DNA of 64,000 nt from Gammaproteobacteria bacterium. Its GTDB lineage: Bacteria; Pseudomonadota; Gammaproteobacteria; Steroidobacterales; Steroidobacteraceae. Below, in pieces: positions 1 to 9,360 of the stretch. Each line of letters begins with the position of its first letter. The first letter of the stretch is position 1. The translations under genes were made by a program, and so were the position numbers. The notes under the pieces are model-generated. The model was given only the letters and a program-made list of their open reading frames with translations, was not told the DNA's origin and searched no databases. The DNA lies in the NCBI GenBank assembly GCA_037440085.1, contig JBBIUT010000002.1, positions 7,337 through 71,336 on the forward strand. Direction: 5' to 3'.

Positions 1-497
1 CGCGCGCCGCGGACTGGTTGGCGAGGCAAGGCATCTCCCTGCCGACGGCGCCCAATAGCTGGAACCGCGCGCCGTCGGCGGGCGGCACGGAGGGCTTGCT
101 GGTGGCGCGGCTCGGCGGCGCCGAGTTCTTTCTCGAGGATGCGGCCGGCAGCGCGCTCGAGGGCGTGAAATCGGCATTGGCGGCGGATCCACCCGGCGTC
201 TATCCGGTATTGCGCGAGGACTGGACACTCCATTTGTGCGGCGCGGGCGTGCACGAGGTGCTCGCACAGGTCTGCAACGTCAACTTCGAAGGGCTGGCAA
301 TGGATTCGCATCCGGTGATCATGACGCTCATGATCGGCGTCGCGGTGCTGGTGGTGCCGGAGGCGACGCACGAGGGGTCCGGTTCCGAGCGGCGGTATCG
401 GATTTGGTGCGACCCCAGTTTCGGTCCTTCCTTGAGTGAAACCCTTGGGGCGGTGGTCGTTGAAAGCGGCGGGATCATAAGAGGAGTATCGGCATGA
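1..497 (+). CDS. mgdD: Sarcosine oxidase gamma-subunit family protein, likely N-methylglutamate dehydrogenase subunit D; 5' end cut by window edge
   Basis: The frame is open to base 1-3 with no upstream stop. The translation resembles the SoxG family. Its stop overlaps the gmaS ATG (ATGA at 494-497). Position directly upstream of gmaS-mgsABC fits the mgdABCD-gmaS-mgsABC layout. Confidence 0.6.
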   Translation, partial: RAADWLARQGISLPTAPNSWNRAPSAGGTEGLLVARLGGAEFFLEDAAGSALEGVKSALAADPPGVYPVLREDWTLHLCGAGVHEVLAQVCNVNFEGLAMDSHPVIMTLMIGVAVLVVPEATHEGSGSERRYRIWCDPSFGPSLSETLGAVVVESGGIIRGVSA

Positions 498-1828
498 ATC
501 GGGAGCAGGCTAAAAAGTTCTTCGACGAACACAAGATCCGCTATGTGCTGGCGCAGTTCGTCGACATCCACGGCGCCGCCAAGGCGAAGGCGGTGCCGGT
601 CGAGCATTTGGATATGGTGTTGACGGATGGTGCGGGCTTCGCCGGCTTTGCGCTGTGGGGCTTCGGCATGGGGCCGGAGGGACCGGACTACATGGCGGTC
701 GGCGATCTGGCTACACTGCAGCAGATCCCATGGATGCCGGGGTATGCGCGGCTCATCTGCAACGGGGTCGTCAACCGCAAGTCCTATCCCTACTGTTCGC
801 GAGTCGCGCTGCAGGCGCAGATTGCGCGGCTCACGGAGCGGGGCCTCACGATGTTCACCGGCATCGAACCCGAGTTCATGCTTCTGGCGCGGCGCGCGGA
901 CGGAAGCCTGGGCCCCGCCGATCCCACCGACGATCTGGACAAGCCGTGCTACGACTACAAAGGCCTATATCGCACCCGCGAGGCGCTGGATGAGATGGTC
1001 GCGGGGCTGCGTGAGGTCGGGATCGACGTGTATCAAATCGATCACGAGGACGGCAACGGCCAGTTCGAAATCAACTTCACCTACGCCGATGCGCTGAAGT
1101 CCGCGGACAATTTCACCTTCGTGAAGATGGCGGCGAGCGAGATCGCGCACAAGCACGGCATGATCGCCACATTCATGCCCAAGCCCTTCTCCAACCGCAC
1201 CGGCAGCGGCGCGCATTTTCACGTCTCGCTGGGTTCGGCTACCCAGAAAAACGCGTTCCACGATCCGACCGACAAGTCCGGCATGGGACTCTCCGCCATG
1301 GCCTATCATTTCCTGGCGGGAGTGCTCACTCACGCACGCGCCTTTTGCGCGGTTGCGGCGCCGACCGTCAATTCGTACAAGCGGCTGGTCGTCGGCCGGT
1401 CGTTGTCGGGCGCCACCTGGGCTCCCGCCTACATCACCTACGGGGACAACAACCGCACCGCGTGCGTGCGCGTTCCGCATGGCCGGCTCGAAGTGCGATT
1501 GCCTGATTCGGGCTGCAATCCGTATCTCGTTTCCGCGGCGCTGATCGCCGCGGGGCTCGACGGGATCGATCGGAAACTCGATCCAGGGCCGCCGCAGAAC
1601 ATCAATTTCTATCAGTTGTCGCTCGATGAGGTGGCGGCCAAGGGGGTCAAACTGTTGCCGCAGTCCTTGACCGAAGCCCTCGATGCGCTCGAGCAGGACA
1701 CGGTCATCCGCGACGGTCTCGGACCCGATCTCGCGCGCGAGTTCATCCGCCTGAAGCGCATGGAGTGGACCGAGTATTCGCGCCACGTATCCGATTGGGA
1801 GTCGCGGCGCTATTTGGAATTCTTTTAG
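494..1828 (+). CDS. gmaS: Gamma-glutamylmethylamide synthetase (glutamine synthetase-fold, type III-like)
   Basis: 444 aa GS-fold protein with [11 protein letters not shown] and NSYKRLV motifs. GAGGAG lies upstream of the ATG. It sits between mgdD and mgsABC. Confidence 0.8.
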   Translation: MNREQAKKFFDEHKIRYVLAQFVDIHGAAKAKAVPVEHLDMVLTDGAGFAGFALWGFGMGPEGPDYMAVGDLATLQQIPWMPGYARLICNGVVNRKSYPYCSRVALQAQIARLTERGLTMFTGIEPEFMLLARRADGSLGPADPTDDLDKPCYDYKGLYRTREALDEMVAGLREVGIDVYQIDHEDGNGQFEINFTYADALKSADNFTFVKMAASEIAHKHGMIATFMPKPFSNRTGSGAHFHVSLGSATQKNAFHDPTDKSGMGLSAMAYHFLAGVLTHARAFCAVAAPTVNSYKRLVVGRSLSGATWAPAYITYGDNNRTACVRVPHGRLEVRLPDSGCNPYLVSAALIAAGLDGIDRKLDPGPPQNINFYQLSLDEVAAKGVKLLPQSLTEALDALEQDTVIRDGLGPDLAREFIRLKRMEWTEYSRHVSDWESRRYLEFF

Positions 1829-1838
1829 GAGAAGGCGC

Positions 1839-2735
1839 ATGTGTGGAATTGTCGGGCTGTTGGTCAAGAACCCGAACCTGCGTGATCGGCTTGGGGCGCT
1901 CATGGTGCCGATGCTGGTCGGCATGACCGAGCGCGGCCCCGATTCGGCGGGCCTCGCCGTGTATACCGAACCGGTGTCCGGCCGGCAGCACAAGCTCAGC
2001 CTCTATAGCGGCGCTCATGCGGTCGATTGGCTGGAGTTGCTGGAAGCGATCCGCGGGGAATTCGCCGATCATCAACAGATCGAGATTCACGGCAACCACG
2101 CGGTGCTCACCACCGCGGCCGATCCCGACCGCCTGGTCGGCTGGCTCAAGGGCCATGCGCCCGTGGTCGCGGTGCTTTCCGTGGGCCAGTCGATCGACTT
2201 GTACAAGGATGTGGGTGCGCCGGCGGACATCGCGCGCCGCTACCGGTTCGAGTCGCTCAAGGGCACTCATCTGGTCGGGCATACCCGCATGGCCACCGAA
2301 TCGGCGGTGACCCCCGCGCACGCGCATCCATTCACCGCCGGGCGCGATTTTTGCCTGGTGCACAACGGCTCGCTCTCCAATCCGCATCTGGTGCGCAAGC
2401 GCCTGGAGCCGCTCGGCATCGAATTCGAAACCGACAACGATACCGAGGCGGCATGCCGGTTCTTCGAGTGGCGCCTGCGCGAAGGCGATGACCTCGAGAC
2501 CGCGGTCGAGCGTGGATTCAGCGAGCTGGACGGGTTCTTCACGTTCTTGATGGGCACCGACCGGGATCTGCTCATCGTGCGCGACGCCTTCGCCTGCAAG
2601 CCGGCGATCGTGGCCGAGACCGATGACTACGTCGCCATCGCCTCGGAATTCCGCTCGCTTGCACACCTGCCTCAGATCTCCCAAGCGACGCTGTTCGAGC
2701 CCAAGCCGGAGGAGATCTATTCATGGCAAATCTGA
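1839..2735 (+). CDS. mgsA: N-methylglutamate synthase subunit A (class-II Ntn glutamine amidotransferase)
   Basis: N-terminus is MCGIVG, with the nucleophile Cys at position 2. It is a stand-alone ~300 aa GATase-2 domain and first of three glutamate-synthase-derived genes. Confidence 0.8.
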   Translation: MCGIVGLLVKNPNLRDRLGALMVPMLVGMTERGPDSAGLAVYTEPVSGRQHKLSLYSGAHAVDWLELLEAIRGEFADHQQIEIHGNHAVLTTAADPDRLVGWLKGHAPVVAVLSVGQSIDLYKDVGAPADIARRYRFESLKGTHLVGHTRMATESAVTPAHAHPFTAGRDFCLVHNGSLSNPHLVRKRLEPLGIEFETDNDTEAACRFFEWRLREGDDLETAVERGFSELDGFFTFLMGTDRDLLIVRDAFACKPAIVAETDDYVAIASEFRSLAHLPQISQATLFEPKPEEIYSWQI

Positions 2736-3433
2736 GGCCCGGGCACAAGGCGCGGGAGTTCGATCTGGCGCGGGACTTGCTGCGCGATCTGAATCTTTTT
2801 CTGCACAAGCATGCGGCCGCGGAGGGCGTATCGCAGATCAGCGTGCAAAATCCCGACGGCGCACATTCCATCGCCTGCGGCCTCAATGCCGATCTCGACG
2901 TGCACATTTACGGCCACGTGGGCTACTACGCCGCCGGAATGAACAAGCGCGCTTCGGTGACCATTCACGGCAATGCCGGACCCGGCGCGGCCGAGAACAT
3001 GATGTCCGGACGGGTGCACGTCAAGGGATTCGCCTCCACCGCCGCCGGCGCATCCGCGCACGGCGGGCTGCTCATCATCGACGGCGACGCCTCCTTGCGC
3101 TGCGGAATCTCGCTCAAAGGCGCCGACATCGTCGTCGGCGGCAGTGTCGGCAGCTTTTCGGCGTTCATGGCGCAAGCCGGGCGCATCGTCATTTGCGGAA
3201 ACGCCGAGGATGCATTGGGCGATTCACTGTACGAAGCGGTGATCTACGTGCGCGGCGAAGTTCGATCGCTCGGTGCGGATGCTCGCTTCGAAGCGATGAG
3301 CGACGCCGACCGGGGCGCCGTGAAGAGCCTGCTCAGCGCGGCGGGGCTGCCGCACGATCCGGGCGAATTCAGACGCGTCGCTTCCGCCAAGAGCTTGTAT
3401 CACTGGCACGCCGATGCCAACCAGGAGTACTGA
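2723..3433 (+). CDS. mgsB: N-methylglutamate synthase subunit B (GXGXG beta-helix domain, GltB C-terminal-like)
   Basis: Repeated glycine-rich turns are present (HIYGHVGYYAAGMN, VHVKGFAS, IVVGGSVGSF, IVICGNAEDA). It overlaps the mgsA 3' end by 13 nt. Confidence 0.8.
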   Translation: MANLRPGHKAREFDLARDLLRDLNLFLHKHAAAEGVSQISVQNPDGAHSIACGLNADLDVHIYGHVGYYAAGMNKRASVTIHGNAGPGAAENMMSGRVHVKGFASTAAGASAHGGLLIIDGDASLRCGISLKGADIVVGGSVGSFSAFMAQAGRIVICGNAEDALGDSLYEAVIYVRGEVRSLGADARFEAMSDADRGAVKSLLSAAGLPHDPGEFRRVASAKSLYHWHADANQEY

Positions 3434-3437
3434 TCTC

Positions 3438-4772
3438 ATGAGTCGCCTGCAGCGGGAAGAATCCTCGGGCTTCGACCGACACACCATCGACTACATCCAG
3501 CGCGCGGCCGCGAGCGGCCTGTACGAGATTCGCGGGCTGGGTGCGAAGCGCCGGGTGCCGAGTTTCGACGACCTGCTGTTTCTCGCCGCATCGCTGTCCC
3601 GCTATCCGCTCGAGGGGTACCGCGAGCGCTGCGCGACCAAAACGCTGCTCGGTACGCGCTTTGCGTCGAAGCCCATCGAGCTCGCGGTTCCGATCACGGT
3701 CGCCGGGATGAGCTTCGGCGCCTTGTCCGCGCGGGTCAAGGAGGCGCTCGGCCGCGCCGCGACCGAGGTGGGCACTTCAACCACCACCGGGGACGGCGGC
3801 ATGACCTCCGAAGAGCGGGCCGCCTCGAAGACACTGGTGTATCAATGTCTGCCGTCGCGCTACGGCTTCAATCCGGACGACGTGCGCCGCGCCGACGCCA
3901 TCGAAATCGTCATCGGCCAGGGCGCGAAGCCCGGCGGCGGCGGCATGCTTCTCGGCCAGAAGGTCAATCCGCGCGTGGCGCGCATGCGCACGCTGCCGGA
4001 AGGCGTCGATCAGCGCTCCGCGTCGCGTCATCCTGATTGGACCGGACCCGACGACCTGGTGATCAAGATCAAGGAATTGCGCGAAATCACCGATTGGGAG
4101 AAGCCGATCTACGTCAAGGTGGGCGCGACCCGGGTATTCAACGACGTCAAGCTTGCGGTGCACGCGGGCGCCGATGTGATCGTGGTCGACGGCATGCAGG
4201 GCGGTACCGCGGCGACGCAAACCGTGTTCATCGAGCACGTCGGGATTCCGACTCTGGCGGCGCTTCGTCAAGCGGTCGATGCGCTCGACGATCTGAACAT
4301 GCGGGGCACGGTGCAGCTGGTGATTTCCGGCGGCATTCGCAGCGGCGCCGATGTGGGCAAGGCGCTCGCCATGGGCGCCGACGCGGTGGCGATCGGGCAG
4401 GGCGTTCTCATCGCGCTGGGATGCAACAGCGATACCTACGTTGCCGGCGGCGAACATGTCTCCGCGGTCGAGGACTATGCCCGGCTCGGCACCGCGCCGG
4501 GCTACTGCCATCACTGCCACACGGGCAAGTGCCCGGTCGGCATCACCACCCAGGATCCGCAGCTCGAGCTGCGGCTCGAGCCGGCGGTGGGCGCCAAACG
4601 GCTCAAGAACTATTTGAAGACGCTGAACATGGAGCTGACGACGCTCGCTCGCGCGTGCGGCAAGCAGGACGTGCATCATTTGGAGAAAGAGGACCTGGTG
4701 GCATTGACGGTGGAAGCCGCGGCGATGGCGGGCGTTCCGTTGGCCGGCACCTCGTGGATACCGGGAAGTTAG
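3438..4772 (+). CDS. mgsC: N-methylglutamate synthase subunit C (FMN-binding glutamate synthase domain)
   Basis: Motifs GQGAKPGGGG, ISGGIRSGADV and CHHCHTGKCPVGITTQD are present. AGGAG lies 9 nt before ATG 3438. A longer ORF from 3414 is possible. Confidence 0.8.
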   Translation: MSRLQREESSGFDRHTIDYIQRAAASGLYEIRGLGAKRRVPSFDDLLFLAASLSRYPLEGYRERCATKTLLGTRFASKPIELAVPITVAGMSFGALSARVKEALGRAATEVGTSTTTGDGGMTSEERAASKTLVYQCLPSRYGFNPDDVRRADAIEIVIGQGAKPGGGGMLLGQKVNPRVARMRTLPEGVDQRSASRHPDWTGPDDLVIKIKELREITDWEKPIYVKVGATRVFNDVKLAVHAGADVIVVDGMQGGTAATQTVFIEHVGIPTLAALRQAVDALDDLNMRGTVQLVISGGIRSGADVGKALAMGADAVAIGQGVLIALGCNSDTYVAGGEHVSAVEDYARLGTAPGYCHHCHTGKCPVGITTQDPQLELRLEPAVGAKRLKNYLKTLNMELTTLARACGKQDVHHLEKEDLVALTVEAAAMAGVPLAGTSWIPGS

Positions 4773-4798
4773 TAAGCTGCCATCCTGAGCGGCGGGTC

Positions 4799-5932
4799 AT
4801 GAACTTGATCCAGAGCATCGATGATCTGCGCAAATTGGCCAGGCGGCGCATACCGCGGGCCATCTTCGATTATGCCGACGGCGGCTCGTATCAAGAACGC
4901 ACTCTGCGCGCCAACGCGGCGGATCTCGACGCCCTGACCTTCCGCCAGCGCGTCATGGTGGACGTTTCCTCAACCTCGCTCGCGACCACGGTGCTCGGCA
5001 CCGAGATCTCGATGCCGCTCGCGATCGCGCCGACCGGGCTCGCCGGGTTGTTCCACGCCGATGGCGAAATTCTCGGCGCGCGGGCCGCCGCAGCCTTCGG
5101 CATCCCGTTCTGCCTGAGCACCATGTCGATCTGCTCGATCGAGGACGTGCGCGCGGCCACCGGCCGGCCGTTCTGGTTTCAGCAATACCTGATGCGCGAT
5201 CGCGGATTCAATCAGGCGCTCATCGACCGGGCGATCGCGGCGCAATGTTCGGCGTTGATGCTCACGCTGGATTTGCCGCTGCTCGGGGAGCGCTGGCGCG
5301 ATGCGCGCAACGGTCTCTCCATCCCGCCGCGCTTGTCGCTGCGCAACGCCTGGGATGTCGCGACCAAACCCGCTTGGGCGATGAAGGTGCTGTTCGGCAA
5401 GCGCCGCACCTTCGGCAATCTGGTCGGGCACATCAAGGGCGCCACCGGCGTCTTGAACCTCGCCGAATGGACGCACTCGCAGTTCGACGCGTCGGCCACC
5501 TGGCGCGACGTCGAATGGGTGAGAAGCCGGTGGCCGGGCCGGCTCATTCTTAAGGGCATATTGGATGCCGAAGATGCGCGCCTCGCGCTTGCCGCCGGAG
5601 CCGATGCCGTGGTGGTCTCGAATCACGGCGGCCGCCAGCTCGACGGCGCGCCGTCCACGATCTCGGTATTGCCGGAAATCGTGGCGGCGGTCGACGGGCG
5701 CTGCGAAGTGCTGTTCGACGGCGGCATACGCTCGGGTCAGGACATCGCCAAGGCGCTCGCCCTTGGGGCCCGTGCCGGTCTGATCGGCAAGTCGTTTTTG
5801 TTCGCGCTCGCCGCCGGCGGCGAAGCGGGCGTCACCCGGGCCCTCGGCATCATGCGCGACGAGTTACGCGTGACGTTGGCGCTGACCGGCACCCCGAACG
5901 CGGCGGCAGCGGGACGGCGCATGCTGAGGTAG
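4799..5932 (+). CDS. FMN-dependent alpha-hydroxy-acid dehydrogenase (L-lactate dehydrogenase/glycolate oxidase family)
   Basis: Motifs IFDYADGGS, SNHGGRQLDG and FDGGIRSGQD are present. ATG 4799 is in frame within the long ORF 4037-5932, whose upstream part overlaps mgsC. Confidence 0.85.
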   Translation: MNLIQSIDDLRKLARRRIPRAIFDYADGGSYQERTLRANAADLDALTFRQRVMVDVSSTSLATTVLGTEISMPLAIAPTGLAGLFHADGEILGARAAAAFGIPFCLSTMSICSIEDVRAATGRPFWFQQYLMRDRGFNQALIDRAIAAQCSALMLTLDLPLLGERWRDARNGLSIPPRLSLRNAWDVATKPAWAMKVLFGKRRTFGNLVGHIKGATGVLNLAEWTHSQFDASATWRDVEWVRSRWPGRLILKGILDAEDARLALAAGADAVVVSNHGGRQLDGAPSTISVLPEIVAAVDGRCEVLFDGGIRSGQDIAKALALGARAGLIGKSFLFALAAGGEAGVTRALGIMRDELRVTLALTGTPNAAAAGRRMLR

Positions 5933-5953
5933 TGCAGCCAGCCCGCTCGAGCG

Positions 5954-6376
5954 TCACAGCACCATGAGGACGGCGCCCGCCGCGATCAGGCCGGTGCCAA
6001 ACCCCACTTTCCACGTGAGCCGCTCGCCGAGAAATGCGGCCGCCAAAAGCACCGCGAACACCACGCTCAGCTTGTCGATCGGCGCAACCCGGGAAGCGGG
6101 GCCCAATTGCAGCGCGCGGTAGTAGCAAAGCCACGAGAATCCGGTTGCGATGCCGGAGAGGACCAAGAACAGAACGCCTTTCGAGGACAACGCGTCCGGG
6201 CGCTGCCACTCGTTGCGCGCCCACAGGATGAGCGCGGCGACGATCAAAATGATGATGGTCCGAAGAAAAGTCGCGAGGTCGGAGTTGATTTCCGATACCG
6301 CGACCTTGCCGAAGATCGCGGTGAGCGCGGCAAACAGGGCCGATCCGAGCGCATAGAGGCGCCAGTCGGCGTTCAT
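5954..6376 (-). CDS. Small EamA/DMT-family membrane protein (single EamA repeat, ~140 aa)
   Basis: Hydrophobic protein with about 4 TM helices starting at MNADWRLYALGSALFAAL. Its ATG overlaps the AKR stop (ATGA at 6373-6376). Confidence 0.7.
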   Translation of the reverse strand: MNADWRLYALGSALFAALTAIFGKVAVSEINSDLATFLRTIIILIVAALILWARNEWQRPDALSSKGVLFLVLSGIATGFSWLCYYRALQLGPASRVAPIDKLSVVFAVLLAAAFLGERLTWKVGFGTGLIAAGAVLMVL

Positions 6377-7239
6377 GCGGTAGGCAACGGGCGCGGCTTG
6401 CCGCGCGCAAAGGCCGCATCGATGCGCGCGATTTCCGCAGCGCCGAGCCGCAGCGAACCGGCGCCCGCATTCTCCCGCACGTGTTCGAGCTTGGATGCCT
6501 TGGGAATCACAAAGGTGTTCGGCTGGCGCAGCAGGAATGCCAGTGCGACTTGTCGGGCGGTGGCGTGATGCGCAGCGGCGATCTCCTGCAGGATGCCCCC
6601 GTGCTTGGTGCCTGGATCGAATGTGCGCGCGGAATTGCCGAAGGGCGTGTAGGCGACCACGGCGGTTCCGTGCTCGAGGCACCACGGAAGCACCGTGTGT
6701 TCGATCGCGCGCTCCTGCAGGTGGTACAACACTTGATTGCAGGACGGATGCCCGGGACCGGCGATCGCCGCGACCTCATCGAGATCGGCAACGTCGAAAT
6801 TGCTCACACCCCAGGAGAGTATCGCGCCCTTGCGCAGCAATGCATCGAAGGCTTCGATGGTTTCCTCGAGCGGGTGGGCGCCGCGCCAATGCAGCAAATA
6901 GCAATCGAGCCGATCGGTTCCCAGGCGCTTGAGCGATTTCTCGCAGGCAGCGACCGTGCCGCGCCTCGAGGCGTTGCTCGGCAGCACTTTGGACACCAGG
7001 AACACCTCGTTCCGCCGCCCCTCGATGGCCGCGCCGATGATCTTCTCCGCGGCGCCGCCGCCGTACATTTCCGCGGTGTCGATCTGCGTCATGCCGAGAT
7101 CGAGGCCGCAGCGCAGAGCGGCAATCGCATCCTCGACGGCGCTTTCCTCGGCACGCCACGAACCCTGACCGACCGCGGCGACCTCGCGGCCGGTGGAGCC
7201 GAAAACCCGCCTAAGGGGTGGCTGCGCCGTGCGATTCAA
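6373..7239 (-). CDS. Aldo/keto reductase family oxidoreductase
   Basis: AKR-like sequence (IDTAEMYGGG, LDCYLLHW, WGVSNF). The start is inferred at TTG 7239, giving MNRTAQPPLRRVFGSTGREV, which matches the usual AKR N-terminus. It overlaps the GNAT stop. Confidence 0.75.
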   Translation of the reverse strand: MNRTAQPPLRRVFGSTGREVAAVGQGSWRAEESAVEDAIAALRCGLDLGMTQIDTAEMYGGGAAEKIIGAAIEGRRNEVFLVSKVLPSNASRRGTVAACEKSLKRLGTDRLDCYLLHWRGAHPLEETIEAFDALLRKGAILSWGVSNFDVADLDEVAAIAGPGHPSCNQVLYHLQERAIEHTVLPWCLEHGTAVVAYTPFGNSARTFDPGTKHGGILQEIAAAHHATARQVALAFLLRQPNTFVIPKASKLEHVRENAGAGSLRLGAAEIARIDAAFARGKPRPLPTA

Positions 7240-7709
7240 CGCGGCTGCTCCAGGGTCAGGCGTCGCGTCATGCGCAGCGACGCCTCCCGCCCCTGGTAGT
7301 AGCCCGGCACGACATCGAGTGCGGTGAATCCCAGGGCCTGATAGAAGTTGCGCGCTTCCGTGTTTTGGGCGCGCAATTCCAAATTGATGCGAAACACGCC
7401 GGCTTCGATGGCGGTCAACGCGAGCCAGTCCATCAGACGGCGCCCGAGTCCTTGGCGGCGGTGATCGCTTGCCACCGCCAGCAGATTCAGATGCGCGACC
7501 TCTTGCCCGAAATGCATGATGCCGAAGGCCGCGATCCGCCGCTCGCGCCGTGCGACCACGGCCGAACAATCCTTGCCGGCAATGAAGCGCTGCACCCGCG
7601 CCGGCGTCCATGACCAGGATAGGCCCTGCTCGATCAAGTCGCGCGACATCTCCGCGATTTCGCGTGAGTCGGCAAGGCGCGCGAGACCCAATGTGGCGAG
7701 TTGCGGCAT
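7236..7709 (-). CDS. GNAT family N-acetyltransferase (RimI-like size)
   Basis: Acetyl-CoA loop HRRQGLGRRLM is present and the protein is 157 aa. ATG 7709 lies 8 nt after the pip stop. Confidence 0.8.
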   Translation of the reverse strand: MPQLATLGLARLADSREIAEMSRDLIEQGLSWSWTPARVQRFIAGKDCSAVVARRERRIAAFGIMHFGQEVAHLNLLAVASDHRRQGLGRRLMDWLALTAIEAGVFRINLELRAQNTEARNFYQALGFTALDVVPGYYQGREASLRMTRRLTLEQPR

Positions 7710-7716
7710 GGCGCGG

Positions 7717-8817
7717 TCAGCGGCTGCGGTATCGGTCCGTGGCCAGCACCAGTTCGTGGGTATTGCCGGCCTCGAACGCCGAATGGCCGGCATCCGCCAC
7801 CATGCGAAACGTGGCCTCGGGCCACGCTCGATGCAGGTCCCAAGCGCTGGTTGCCGGACAGACGACGTCATAGCGTCCCTGCACGATGGTTGCCGGGATG
7901 TGGCGGATGCGCTGCACATCGTCGATCAGTTGCGTTTCGCTGCGCAGAAAGCCGCGATTCACGAAGTAATGGCATTCGATTCGCGCCACCGCCAGCGCGA
8001 ACTGGTCTTCGCCCCACTTGCGGATGTTGTCCGGATTGCTGTACAGGAAACTGGTGGATGCCTCCCACACCGACCAGGCCCGCGCCGCCGCCAGGGCCGC
8101 CCGCTGATCGTTGCCGGTGAGGCGCTGGTGGTAGGCGCGCAAGAAATCGTCGTGTTGGTCGAGCGGGATTGCGTCGCGGTACGCCTCCCAACAATCCGGA
8201 AAAATATTCGAGGCACCATGCTGGTACATCCAGCGGATCTCCGCATAGCGCAACAGAAAAATGCCGCGCAGCACGAGTTCGCTGACGCGCTCCGGGTGCG
8301 CCTCGGCGTAGGCGAGCGCCAGCGTGCTGCCCCAGGATCCGCCAAACACCAGCCAACGTTCGATGCCGAGATGCTTGCGCAGCCGCTCGAGATCGGCCAC
8401 TAGATGCCAGGTGGTGTTCTCGATCAGACTGGCGCTCGGTCGGCTGCGGCCGCAACCGCGCTGATCGAACACCACGATGCGATAATGATGAGGATCGAAG
8501 AATTGCCGCGCACGCTTGTCGGAACCCGCGCCGGGACCGCCGTGCAGGAACACCGCGGGTTTGCCGGCGGGGTTTCCGCATTCCTCATAATAGATCTCGT
8601 GGATCTCGGACACGCGCAGATAACCGTGCCGGAACGGTTCGATGGCGGGGTACAGTTCGCGCCGCACCACGGGCTGCGAGATTCTCGCGGAGGTGCGCGA
8701 AGCCACCGCGCGCGCGGCGGATTTCGCGGTGCTGCGTTTTGCCGGGGATGGGCGCTTGGCGCCGGTGGTGCGCCGGGTGCGCTTGGCCGCGGGCTGCGCG
8801 TTCTTTTTCTTCTTCAT
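7717..8817 (-). CDS. pip: Prolyl aminopeptidase (proline iminopeptidase) with ~50-aa Lys/Arg-rich N-terminal extension
   Basis: Motifs HGGPGAG and GGSWGSTLALAY (GxSxG elbow) are present, and the core begins RRELYPAIEPF. GAGGAA lies 6 nt before ATG 8817. Internal GTG starts near 8670 cannot be excluded. Confidence 0.85.
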   Translation of the reverse strand: MKKKKNAQPAAKRTRRTTGAKRPSPAKRSTAKSAARAVASRTSARISQPVVRRELYPAIEPFRHGYLRVSEIHEIYYEECGNPAGKPAVFLHGGPGAGSDKRARQFFDPHHYRIVVFDQRGCGRSRPSASLIENTTWHLVADLERLRKHLGIERWLVFGGSWGSTLALAYAEAHPERVSELVLRGIFLLRYAEIRWMYQHGASNIFPDCWEAYRDAIPLDQHDDFLRAYHQRLTGNDQRAALAAARAWSVWEASTSFLYSNPDNIRKWGEDQFALAVARIECHYFVNRGFLRSETQLIDDVQRIRHIPATIVQGRYDVVCPATSAWDLHRAWPEATFRMVADAGHSAFEAGNTHELVLATDRYRSR

Positions 8818-8839
8818 GACCTGTTCCTCTGTTTTTACC

Positions 8840-9187
8840 CTATGCGCGCTGGAGCATCGGCCCCAGCGGTTTTCCGCCCAGCAAATGCAAATGCAGGTGA
8901 TAGACCTCTTGCCCGCTATCGGGATTGCAGTTGATCACGAGGCGATAGCCGCTCTTCGCGATTCCCTGTTTGCGCGCAAGATCGCGCGCGACGATGACCA
9001 TGTGTCCGATCAGCGCCGCGTCCTCGTCCTCAATATCATCCGTTGTCGGAATGGGTTTATGCGGCACAATTAATATGTGTACCGGGGCAGCAGGGCGGAT
9101 GTCCAGAAATGCGATCAGCCGCGAATCGCGGAAAACCACGGTCGCAGGCAGTTCGCCCGCTATGATCTTTTCAAAAAGCGTAGGCAT
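8840..9187 (-). CDS. HIT family (histidine triad nucleotide-binding) protein
   Basis: 115 aa protein starting MPTLFEKIIAGELPA, with the histidine triad HLHLHLLGG. Confidence 0.85.
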   Translation of the reverse strand: MPTLFEKIIAGELPATVVFRDSRLIAFLDIRPAAPVHILIVPHKPIPTTDDIEDEDAALIGHMVIVARDLARKQGIAKSGYRLVINCNPDSGQEVYHLHLHLLGGKPLGPMLQRA

Positions 9188-9318
9188 TTCATACGCCTCC
9201 GGCGGTTCGGGGGGGCATAAGATTAGCAGGAAGCCGGGCGCCGACTCGGGTTCCGGTGGTCCCGCCTGACTGCCGCAATGCAGCAACGTGCCGCCGCTGG
9301 CCGCTGCCCGGGCGCAGT

Positions 9319-9348
9319 CAATGAATAGTAATGGGAACGATTCTCATA
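9319..9348. promoter_or_regulatory. Putative Fur box upstream of feoA
   Basis: AT-rich TCAATGAATAGTAATGGGAACGATTCTCAT lies 13-40 nt before the feoA ATG. It loosely resembles the GATAATGATAATCATTATC consensus. It is the only AT-rich patch in this divergent intergenic region. Confidence 0.35.
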
Positions 9349-9360
9349 TAGGATGGACGC

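Noticed and set aside
965-1993. This 342-aa ORF is antisense to gmaS. Many similar long ORFs exist, for example 9733-11574 (+), 28179-29963 (-), 39253-40053 (-), 42407-44269 (+), 54567-55640 (+, the upstream part of the ORF whose 3' part is ubiI) and 57311-58537 (+).
   Set aside because: They overlap genes with strong family signatures. Their translations are Arg/Pro/Ala/Gly-rich with no motifs. Such shadow ORFs are expected in high-GC DNA, where stop codons are rare in off-frames.
4037-4798. The long upstream extension of the ORF containing the alpha-hydroxy-acid dehydrogenase.
   Set aside because: The extension lies entirely inside mgsC in another frame and is Arg/Gly-rich. The conserved enzyme N-terminus begins at ATG 4799.
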